32,000 nt of DNA, taken from assembly GCF_000091665.1 (NCBI RefSeq), contig NC_000909.1, forward strand, positions 850,712-882,711. The letters are read 5' to 3'. Under the pieces are notes generated by a model that made no database searches, was not told the DNA's origin, and saw only the letters and a list, made by a program, of their open reading frames with translations. Shown in pieces: positions 17,572 to 25,605 of this stretch. The position numbers were made by a program, and so were the translations under genes. The stretch comes from Methanocaldococcus jannaschii DSM 2661 (lineage in GTDB: Archaea > AGJL01 > Methanococci > Methanococcales > Methanocaldococcaceae). Every line of letters begins with the position of its first letter. Within the stretch, counting starts at the first letter, position 1.

Positions 17572-18393
17572 ATGGATTGGGAGATAACCTTTAAGGGAAT
17601 AACCTATGAATGCATAAATTGTGCTTACTGTTGCTCATGTAAAGGTTGGAGGATATATTTAAACTATTTTGATAGATTAAAACTTAAAGATTACGAATAT
17701 GCCATAGAACCTTGTGAAGGAGAATTTAAATATAGGCTAAAAGTTAATGAAAAGGGTTGTGTTTTATTAAATAACAACCTATGTAGAATTCATTTAGAGA
17801 AGGGCTATGAGTTTAAACCATTGATGTGCATGATTTTTCCTTTCAGTTGCATGATTAAATGGGATGGAACTCCTCTCCTAATTATAAAACATTATTGTAG
17901 TGGCATTAAAAAAGGAAAAATCAGTAAAAAAGTTGTTAATGAGGCTATAGAATTAATAAAAGAGCTTTATTTTGATATGTTTGAAGAGATTATAGAGAAC
18001 GGAATGGAACATAGTAGTAAGACAGAAATATTTGAAAATTTTAGAGTTGATTGGGAAGAGAGGGAAGATTTTGGAAGATATATTTTTAGCAGTAAGACAT
18101 TTGATGAGATGTTTGAAAGATGTAGAGAAATTTTTGGAAATAAAATAAATAAATTAAATCTCGAAGAGATTGATGAAATAAAGAATAATCTACAAAGATA
18201 CAATACTAAAGAAAATGAAGAGGAAATTTTGAGATACCTATTAGAATTAAATAGAAGAGAACATTTTAGAAAACTTCCTTTCTATAGAGAGGTTAATAAG
18301 CTCATAAATATAGGAAATTATTTGACCAAATACAAGAATGTATTTAAGGGAGAGGGGGAAGTTGATAAAAAATTATTTTTAAATTTGAAATAG
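17572..18393 (+). CDS. YkgJ-type cysteine-cluster (putative Zn/Fe chelate) protein
   Basis: CINCAYCCSCKGWRIYL...CRIHLEKGYEFKPLMCMIFPFSC...HYCSG. ATG at 17572 or 17563. Confidence 0.75.
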   Translation: MDWEITFKGITYECINCAYCCSCKGWRIYLNYFDRLKLKDYEYAIEPCEGEFKYRLKVNEKGCVLLNNNLCRIHLEKGYEFKPLMCMIFPFSCMIKWDGTPLLIIKHYCSGIKKGKISKKVVNEAIELIKELYFDMFEEIIENGMEHSSKTEIFENFRVDWEEREDFGRYIFSSKTFDEMFERCREIFGNKINKLNLEEIDEIKNNLQRYNTKENEEEILRYLLELNRREHFRKLPFYREVNKLINIGNYLTKYKNVFKGEGEVDKKLFLNLK

Positions 18394-18766
18394 CTATAAT
18401 ACTCGCTTTAGTAAGATAGATTTCTTCCACAATTAAAAATCAAGTTACTCCCCAAACTATAAGCATTATTATTCTATATTATTCTTATAAAATCATAATA
18501 AAAATCATAATAAAAGATGAAAACTCTATATCCACAATTTTGGTAGAGGACTTTCATATTCATATACTTAATATAAGATATTTAGATGCCTTTAAATATT
18601 CAATTCTTTATAAAGATTATATTCTGTGGAACGTCCTATAGTATTTCTGATGATGATACATAATTTTAATATAGGGATTATTAACGATAATAATAAGTTG
18701 AGTGTCCGAAATCTTGTGATATAAAAATATTACAAATAACTCCAATCTTCTATTTGGTGGATAAAT

Positions 18767-19723
18767 ATGGAAATAAAAAATAAAAAATTAAAAGAAACTT
18801 CTGATGTTTTATTATCATTAACTTATTTAATAAAATCATATGAATATAGAGACAGGGGAAATCTTTTAGAATCATTATATTATCTTGATAAAGCATTGGA
18901 GTTGAATCCTGATTTTAAATTTGCAAAATTTTTAAAAGCGATATCTTTGGCAATTTTGGGTGATATTAATAAATCTATAGAATGTCTTGAAGATATTACA
19001 AGTAATTCAAATGACCCGGTAGCTTATGCTCTTCTTGGCCAACTTTACGAGCTATTGGGAAATTTTGATAACGCTTTGGAATGTTATGAGAAGTCATTAG
19101 GTATTGAAGAGAAATTTGCTACAGCATTTTTCCTTAAGGTATTATGTTTAGGACTTTCAGGTAAATATGACGAATTATTAAAGTGTTGTGATAGATTAAT
19201 ATCGTTCGCTCCAAATTTCATTCCTGCCTATATAATTAAAGCAAATATGTTACGTAAATTAGGGAGATATGAAGAAGCTTTAGCATGTGTAAATAAAGTA
19301 TTAGAATTAAAGGAAAATGATACAAATGCAATATATTTAAAGGCGTTAATACTAAATAGAATAGGAAATTGTGATGAAGCATTAAAATACTATGAAAAAC
19401 TTATTGATGAACTAAATGTAACGTGGATAGAAGTTATTAGGGAAGCTATTTACTTATCCTTTCTATTTAATAAACTGGATAAAGCTGAGAAATATATTGA
19501 GATGGGACTAAAGTTAAGGCCCGACGATGCAAGTTTATGGTATTTTAAAGGTAAATTATACGAAAAGCAAAATAAATTTGAAGAAGCTTTAAAATATTAT
19601 AATAAGGCTATTCAGCTGATGCCTCATCACACAAAAGCTTTACTTGCTAAGGCAAGGGTGTTAGAAAAACTTGGAAGAATAGAGGAATCTATAGAGTGCT
19701 ACAATAAAGCACTTGATAGATAA
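18767..19723 (+). CDS. Tetratricopeptide (TPR) repeat protein
   Basis: Multiple ~34 aa repeats such as NFDNALECYEKSLGIE, RYEEALACVNKVLELKENDTNAIYLKA, KFEEALKYYNKAIQLMPHHTKALLAKA. Confidence 0.95.
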   Translation: MEIKNKKLKETSDVLLSLTYLIKSYEYRDRGNLLESLYYLDKALELNPDFKFAKFLKAISLAILGDINKSIECLEDITSNSNDPVAYALLGQLYELLGNFDNALECYEKSLGIEEKFATAFFLKVLCLGLSGKYDELLKCCDRLISFAPNFIPAYIIKANMLRKLGRYEEALACVNKVLELKENDTNAIYLKALILNRIGNCDEALKYYEKLIDELNVTWIEVIREAIYLSFLFNKLDKAEKYIEMGLKLRPDDASLWYFKGKLYEKQNKFEEALKYYNKAIQLMPHHTKALLAKARVLEKLGRIEESIECYNKALDR

Positions 19724-19757
19724 AATTATTATCCTTTATTTTTATGGTGATATGCGT

Positions 19758-20729
19758 ATGAATAGAAAGAGAACTCCAAGAGTGGATACCTTAGAAGCCG
19801 TGGCTAATGTTTTAAGAGCTTATAGAGAATTATTTGAGGGAAATTTAATAAAAGCACTTTATTATGTTGATAAAGCGTTGGAATTGGAGCCTGATTTCTA
19901 TTTGGCTTTGTTTTTGAAGGGATTAGCATTATCCGCTAAAGGAGAAATAAAAGAAGCAATTACAACATTTGAAGAATTGCTAAGCTATGAATCAAAAAAT
20001 CCAATTACATGGGTGTTTGTTGGGCAACTGTATGGAATGTCAGGAAATTGTGATGAAGCATTAAAGTGTTACAACAAAGCGTTGGGCATTGAAAATAGAT
20101 TTTTATCAGCATTTTTACTCAAAACGATTTGTTTAGAATTCTTAGGAGAGTATGATGAACTATTAAAATGCTATAATGAGGTATTAACATATACTCCAAA
20201 CTTTGTCCCAATGTGGGTTAAAAAGGCTGAAATCCTAAGAAAATTGGGGAGATATGAAGATGCATTACTATGTTTAAATAGAGCCTTAGAGTTAAAGCCA
20301 CATGATAAAAATGCCTTATATTTAAAAGGTGTTTTGTTAAAGAGAATGGGTAAATTTAGGGAGGCACTTGAATGTTTCAAAAAATTGATAGATGAACTAA
20401 ATGTAAAATGGATAGATGCCATAAGACATGCTGTTTCTTTGATGTTAGCTCTTGACGATTTAAAAGATGCTGAAAGATACATAAATATAGGATTGGAGAT
20501 AAGAAAAGATGACGTGGCTTTATGGTATTTTAAAGGGGAATTATATGAGAGATTGGGAAAGCTGGATGAAGCATTAAAATGCTATGAAAAAGTTATTGAA
20601 CTACAACCACATTATATAAAGGCACTTTTGAGTAAAGCAAGAATCTATGAGAGGCAGGGAAATATCGAAGCAGCAATTGAATATTATAACAAGGCTGTAG
20701 AAAATATTCACAAAGACCATGGAGAATAA
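19758..20729 (+). CDS. TPR repeat protein, paralog of the preceding gene
   Basis: Same repeat architecture, e.g. RYEDALLCLNRALELKPHDKNALYLKG, KLDEALKCYEKVIELQPHYIKALLSKA. Start placed at 19758 after GGTGA. Confidence 0.93.
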   Translation: MNRKRTPRVDTLEAVANVLRAYRELFEGNLIKALYYVDKALELEPDFYLALFLKGLALSAKGEIKEAITTFEELLSYESKNPITWVFVGQLYGMSGNCDEALKCYNKALGIENRFLSAFLLKTICLEFLGEYDELLKCYNEVLTYTPNFVPMWVKKAEILRKLGRYEDALLCLNRALELKPHDKNALYLKGVLLKRMGKFREALECFKKLIDELNVKWIDAIRHAVSLMLALDDLKDAERYINIGLEIRKDDVALWYFKGELYERLGKLDEALKCYEKVIELQPHYIKALLSKARIYERQGNIEAAIEYYNKAVENIHKDHGE

Positions 20730-20780
20730 TATTTCCTCTTTTTTATTATTTTTTCTATAATTTAAAGTAAAGGGATTTTT

Positions 20781-22736
20781 ATGGAATTTAAAGGGTATAT
20801 TAAAGAGAAGTTTCCATATCCTAAAGTTAGGGAGCCACAGAAAAGGATGATGCTAAAAATTTACGAGTGTATAAAAAATAAGAGAAATTTGATAGTTGAA
20901 GCACCAACTGGTGTTGGAAAAACTTTAGGCTATCTAATTCCTGCTTTATACTTTGCAGAGAGAAGAAAGAGAGTTTTAATATTAACAGAAACGATAGACC
21001 AGCAGGTTAGGATTTATGAGGATTTAAGTTCTCTAAGGCATAATTTAAAGGTTGCATTCTTAATGGGAAAAAGTAACTTTATTTGCAAATCAAAAGGAGG
21101 AAAGGCTAATAGACTATATTGCCAATTGAATAAAAAATGCTTATATAGACCAAATAAAAGACCAATTTGCTATTGTGGAACAAAAAAACAACCAGTGAAT
21201 TTAGGGGATAAAGTTATTTACTACTGCCCATACTGCACCTGTGAATATCAAAAGGCAAAAATAGAGAGTATCTTAGCTGATATTGTGGTTATGAATAACA
21301 GTATGTTTTACTATGCTAAGGAAGATATTGAGGCAAAAAGAGATATTGATATAATTATTTGTGATGAAGCCCATAAATTGGAAAGCAGTATAAGAAATAC
21401 ATCAACAATAATTATAAATCCAGAATTACCAATTAATAGATTAAAATATATGGCTATACATTATGCTCCCAATATTTTAAAAAAGAGATTGGATATTGGA
21501 GACGAAAATTTTTGGGAAATTATTGAAAAATATTTAACAAGTAGAGGCATCAATATAGATATCTGCAAAGAGACAATTATTTTTGATGGAGAAAATTTAA
21601 GCTCTTGGAAATATAAGACAGAACTTGCTGTATTAGGGGCTATTTTAGATGCATATTATCAAATAAACAACATAAAGAATAAAATATTGAGATTTAATGA
21701 AAATGAGGAAATTGATAGAGAGGAACTTAGATTTGAAATTGACAATAAAGCTTTAATAGCTATAGAGCTTGATTTTATCCATAAAAAGAAATTATCTGAC
21801 CTATATCTTTTGGAATTTATAGAAAATATTAAAAATTTAAGATATATTAATGAAAATTATGTAGTTTATAGAAGTGGAAATTCTTTATTATGTGAGCCAG
21901 TTTTTGTAAGCTCTCATCTAAAAGAACTTTATGGAAATGCTGTAGTTATCCACTGCTCAGCAACAATTGGAAATTTAAAGATGCATGCTTTAAAGACAGG
22001 TTTAGATAAAGCAGAATTTTTAATTTTAGAGAGTCCATTTCCAAAGAATAGGAAGAAAATTATAGCTTTAAAAGATGGCGTTGATATGAAATACGAAAGG
22101 AAAGATAGAGAGAAAGCAAATAAAAATTTATTAAAAATATTGGAAGCAATAAATGGAAACTCTTTAGTTTTATTTAAGAGCTTTGAGGATTTAGATAGTT
22201 TTTATAAATATCTAAAAAGGGAGATTACAAAAACAAATATTAAAAATAAAAATATCCATGTGTATGAGCAAGGTATGGATGGAAAAGAAGCTAAAGAGCT
22301 AAAAGAGAGATTTGAAAAGATTGGAGGAATTTTGTTAGCAACTGGGAGGTTTGCTGAAGGAGTAGATATTCCTGGTGAGGCATTGGTTGGAGTTGTTATT
22401 GACTCCCTTCCATTCCCAGTTCCCACTCCTTTAATATTGAGAGAGCAGAAGATATTGGAAGAGAGATTTAAAATTAGAGGAGTTAGGGATGCTCATTGGA
22501 GAGCTTTTTTAATGACATCATTTGATAGAATGGCAAGGACATTGGTTCAGATGATTGGAAGATTAATAAGAACTGAGAATGATTATGGAGTTGTAGTTAT
22601 ACAGGATAAGAGGTTCGCAGATTGGGTAGGAAGAGTTATGAGAGAAAAAGGTTATCTAAAAGATAACTATGAGGTTATGAGTTTGGATATGGCTATAAAA
22701 TATATTCCAAAGTTTATGAGTCAGTTTAAAAATTAA
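20781..22736 (+). CDS. XPD/DinG-like superfamily 2 DNA helicase with a cysteine-rich region
   Basis: VEAPTGVGKTLGYLIP (Walker A), DEAHKL, VIHCSATIG, ATGRFAEGVDIPGEAL, QMIGRLIRTENDYG; 8 cysteines between about aa 96 and 155. Confidence 0.92.
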   Translation: MEFKGYIKEKFPYPKVREPQKRMMLKIYECIKNKRNLIVEAPTGVGKTLGYLIPALYFAERRKRVLILTETIDQQVRIYEDLSSLRHNLKVAFLMGKSNFICKSKGGKANRLYCQLNKKCLYRPNKRPICYCGTKKQPVNLGDKVIYYCPYCTCEYQKAKIESILADIVVMNNSMFYYAKEDIEAKRDIDIIICDEAHKLESSIRNTSTIIINPELPINRLKYMAIHYAPNILKKRLDIGDENFWEIIEKYLTSRGINIDICKETIIFDGENLSSWKYKTELAVLGAILDAYYQINNIKNKILRFNENEEIDREELRFEIDNKALIAIELDFIHKKKLSDLYLLEFIENIKNLRYINENYVVYRSGNSLLCEPVFVSSHLKELYGNAVVIHCSATIGNLKMHALKTGLDKAEFLILESPFPKNRKKIIALKDGVDMKYERKDREKANKNLLKILEAINGNSLVLFKSFEDLDSFYKYLKREITKTNIKNKNIHVYEQGMDGKEAKELKERFEKIGGILLATGRFAEGVDIPGEALVGVVIDSLPFPVPTPLILREQKILEERFKIRGVRDAHWRAFLMTSFDRMARTLVQMIGRLIRTENDYGVVVIQDKRFADWVGRVMREKGYLKDNYEVMSLDMAIKYIPKFMSQFKN

Positions 22737-22804
22737 ATTTTTATTTTTAGTTTTATTAATTGATAAAACTAAATTAACAAATATTATTATCTAAAATAAA
22801 AAAA

Positions 22805-22994
22805 TGGTAGGGCGGCGGGGATTCAAACGAACCTTTTAGTAAAAGGTTCATCAAAACAGGATACATTGCCTCGCTTTGCTCGGCAATGTCTCTTAGATTA
22901 CAGTGGGGCTGAACGTAGTGAAGCCCCGCTCTGGGTATCCCAATAGGGCGATAGCCCTATGGAAATAAAAAATATGGTAGGGCGGCGGGGATTC
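22805..22994. repeat. 20 bp direct repeats matching the tRNA-Ile 3' end, bracketing a multi-hairpin block
   Basis: TGGTAGGGCGGCGGGGATTC at 22805-22824 and again at 22975-22994; the second is the real tRNA-Ile 3' end. Confidence 0.9.
22829..22962 (-). ncRNA. Candidate structured RNA or hairpin element (four consecutive stem-loops)
   Basis: Stem-loops at 22829-22849, 22863-22889, 22905-22927 and 22940-22962, in a block visibly GC-rich relative to the AT-rich surroundings. Strand is inferred from tRNA-Ile orientation. Confidence 0.45.
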
Positions 22995-23052
22995 GAACCC
23001 CGGACCACTCGGTTATCAGCCGAGCACTCTAACCAGGCTGAGCCACCGCCCT
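22975..23052 (-). tRNA. tRNA-Ile (anticodon GAT)
   Basis: Reverse strand AGGGCGGTGGCTCAGCCTGGTTAGAGTGCTCGGCTGATAACCGAGTGGTCCGGGGTTCGAATCCCCGCCGCCCTACCA. Confidence 0.96.
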
Positions 23053-23154
23053 ACAACCACCAGAAGCAAAAATTAAATAATAATAAGTAGTATATATACT
23101 TTTCGGTTATTGGTAAATTTGGAGATATAAAAATGTAAAAGATTTAAAATTTTG

Positions 23155-24399
23155 TTATTCAGTTGGAAATGGTGGCAATGGAGGTAGTGGGAATGGTGGT
23201 GTAGGTAATGGTGGCAATAAATCCGCCTCTCCACTAAATGGGACTTCCCCACTGCCTTCAATATATGCACTTCCAGATATTTCAGCAAAAACTTCTTCTC
23301 CACTTAATTTTCTAAGGATTTCATATCCCATCTTATTAATCGGTATATTTACTTTAACAGTTACTGGATTTTCTCCTGGTGTTATTACTATATTTGATAC
23401 CTCTCCTCGTCCTAAACTATGACCTTCATCATCAAACATATTTAAGATTATTTTATCGATTGTTATACTCTCTGAATTTGGATTATCTATTATTAAATCT
23501 ACATCCATAGAAACATATTTTAAATTTATTTTTTCTCCATTTTCCATTTCTATATTTACACCAATGTCTGGAGAGATTCCATTTATTGATGCTAAAAAAC
23601 CTGGATTCATAGCTAATTTTGTAATTATAATACTATTACTGGGTTTTATATCATCCACATATACTTCTATTTCTGAAAACTGAGTTTGTGTTTGTTGTAA
23701 GTCATTGCTTTCATAATTATTATCATACTCATCATAATTTTCGGATTCTCCACTGTTGTATGCAGTCCCTTCCTCAACATATACAGTTTTAGATGCTAAA
23801 ATTTTTCCATTATCTTCTGCTGTTATTGTGTGATAACCTGGCTCATAGAATACACACTCTACAATCCCGTATACATCATCTAATGTTCCAATGTAGTTGC
23901 CATCAACATATATGTCAATTCCTGCTAACCCTCCAACTATTGGGTCAATGACTTTAATATAATACAACATTTGTTCTTCTATTTTATCAGGAATAGTGCC
24001 ATCTGGATAAGTTATTTCGATATAATAATTATATGCTGGTTCATTATTATAATTTACTTCTGACTCTCCAACATTAGTCATGGCATTTTCATTCTCTTCA
24101 TTAAAATTACCATTGGTCTGTTCATAATTTTGATTACTTTGTAAAGGATGATTTTCTTGATTTTTAATTTCTTTATTTTCATAACTTTGAATATTCTGTG
24201 TTGATTGACTTTCTTTTTTATTTTCTACATTATTAACATTTTGATTTTCTTGATTTATAGGTTTTTCAGTATTTTCTCCATTATTCGTATTTGAATTAAT
24301 ATTTATATCTATCTTTTCTGGAGTATTCACACACCCACAAGCTAAAACCAAAATAGAGAGTATGCTAAAACAAACTAAAGCTTTTCTTATCGTGTCCAT
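23155..24399 (-). CDS. Predicted secreted lipoprotein with low-complexity linker and LEA14-like domain
   Basis: Signal ...FSILSILVLACGC (lipobox-like), N/E/Q-rich linker, domain VSMDVDLIIDNPNSESITIDKIILNMFDDEG...KVNIPINKMGYEILRKLSG, Pro-rich C-terminus. Start at 24399 after AGGTGAT. Confidence 0.65.
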   Translation of the reverse strand: MDTIRKALVCFSILSILVLACGCVNTPEKIDININSNTNNGENTEKPINQENQNVNNVENKKESQSTQNIQSYENKEIKNQENHPLQSNQNYEQTNGNFNEENENAMTNVGESEVNYNNEPAYNYYIEITYPDGTIPDKIEEQMLYYIKVIDPIVGGLAGIDIYVDGNYIGTLDDVYGIVECVFYEPGYHTITAEDNGKILASKTVYVEEGTAYNSGESENYDEYDNNYESNDLQQTQTQFSEIEVYVDDIKPSNSIIITKLAMNPGFLASINGISPDIGVNIEMENGEKINLKYVSMDVDLIIDNPNSESITIDKIILNMFDDEGHSLGRGEVSNIVITPGENPVTVKVNIPINKMGYEILRKLSGEEVFAEISGSAYIEGSGEVPFSGEADLLPPLPTPPFPLPPLPPFPTE

Positions 24400-24425
24400 T
24401 GTTATCACCTAATTAAATTCCACTT

Positions 24426-24524
24426 TTAACATTTTTGTTAAATTTAGCATATTTACTAACATAGATATAACTATACACAAATATAAACTTTTCTCTTTTT
24501 TGTGAAATTTAGCAAAAATGTTAA
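24426..24524. promoter_or_regulatory. Inverted pair of 24 nt operator-like sites
   Basis: TTAACATTTTTGTTAAATTTAGCA (24426-24449) versus reverse complement of 24501-24524, TTAACATTTTTGCTAAATTTCACA; 21/24 identical. Confidence 0.55.
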
Positions 24525-24587
24525 TTATCGTATAAATATGAAAATTCTCAAAAAAGCAAAAATAAAAAATCATAAAAGGGCTAAATC

Positions 24588-24950
24588 ATGCTTATTGGGA
24601 TACTAAGCAAAAAATATGTTAAAGAAATTTTGGAACTACTTAATGAAAAAGGAGAACTCCATTTTAGTCAAATTCATAAAGAAATTCCTACTCATATGAG
24701 CAGTTTAAACAGAACATTAAATGAATTGGTAAAATTGGGATTAATATCAAAAAGGAAAGAAGACAACAAACAGGCATTACCAAAAACATACTATAAATTA
24801 ACACCATTAGGAAAAAAGGCACTATTATTATATGAAGTAGAAAAAATTATTGAAAATTCAAAAAATAATCAAAATATCATCATTCAAATTATTAATGGAA
24901 AAAATCATAATATCATCAACGCAAAAATTGTTAATATTCATAATAAATGA
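24588..24950 (+). CDS. Winged helix-turn-helix transcriptional regulator
   Basis: LSKKYVKEILELLNEKGELHFSQIHKEIPTHMSSLNRTLNELVKLGLISKRKE...YYKLTPLGKKALLL. Confidence 0.8.
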   Translation: MLIGILSKKYVKEILELLNEKGELHFSQIHKEIPTHMSSLNRTLNELVKLGLISKRKEDNKQALPKTYYKLTPLGKKALLLYEVEKIIENSKNNQNIIIQIINGKNHNIINAKIVNIHNK

Positions 24951-24971
24951 TTGAAAATCTTAATATAATTT

Positions 24972-25601
24972 TTATTCTATTGGCTCAACTCTAACGTTGT
25001 CATAGTATGCTCTACCCCCTCCAATTCCTATTCCACCTTTAAGTATTGGTGTATTATTGTCAGTGTATTCAATATATTTCTGCCCTCCTGCAAGGAAGAT
25101 TATCTTATTATCTTTTGCTACAACTTCATACCTATAAAAATCTGTGCCAGCAGGAGCGGCATCGTAAGATTCAGCCAATTTTTCAACCTTAGTTCCATTA
25201 AATTTGTAGAGAACATACCCCCTATCAAATCCTTCTATATCAATATAATATCCAGCATTTGCATTATTTATCAATCTGAAGTATATCTTTGGGCTATCTG
25301 ATTCTTCTAATCGCTTTATATCAACAATAAACTTAAAGTCAGTATAGTTTTTATCAATATATATTATTCCATTGTTTATTGGTACTGCAACTTTGTTTAG
25401 TGTTTTTTTATCTTCGCTTAATATGGCCTCAATCTTAAATCCCCCTTCTTTAACTTTCCATTCTCCAAACGGTGCTTTATCCCCCACATTATACGAAGAA
25501 AAATTATCATAAAAGGATTTTGGGACAATTTCAAAACAACCACACACTCCCAAATATACAATTGGGATAATCAAAATTACAGTAAGTTCTTTAAGATTCA
25601 T
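24972..25601 (-). CDS. Predicted lipoprotein with concanavalin/laminin-G-like C-terminal domain
   Basis: MNLKELTVILIIPIVYLGVCGC signal; YFRLINNANAGYYIDIEGFDRGYVLYKFNGTKVEKL...GGIGIGGGRAYYDNVRV. Start at 25601 after GGTGA. Confidence 0.6.
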   Translation of the reverse strand: MNLKELTVILIIPIVYLGVCGCFEIVPKSFYDNFSSYNVGDKAPFGEWKVKEGGFKIEAILSEDKKTLNKVAVPINNGIIYIDKNYTDFKFIVDIKRLEESDSPKIYFRLINNANAGYYIDIEGFDRGYVLYKFNGTKVEKLAESYDAAPAGTDFYRYEVVAKDNKIIFLAGGQKYIEYTDNNTPILKGGIGIGGGRAYYDNVRVEPIE

Positions 25602-25605
25602 AATT

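Noticed and set aside
22805-22824. Second complete tRNA-Ile gene
   Set aside because: Only the 3' 20 nt match; the rest of the cloverleaf is missing and replaced by hairpins.
23155-23300. GGTGGXAATGG-type short repeats (GGTGGCAATGGAGGTAGTGGGAATGG) as a DNA repeat array
   Set aside because: They are the codons for the Pro-rich PPLPTPPFPLPPLPPFPTE tail rather than a separate repeat element.
23073-23303. 76 aa His/Tyr/Leu-rich minus-strand ORF
   Set aside because: Out-of-frame reading of the Pro/Gly-rich lipoprotein C-terminal coding repeats; no RBS-supported start.
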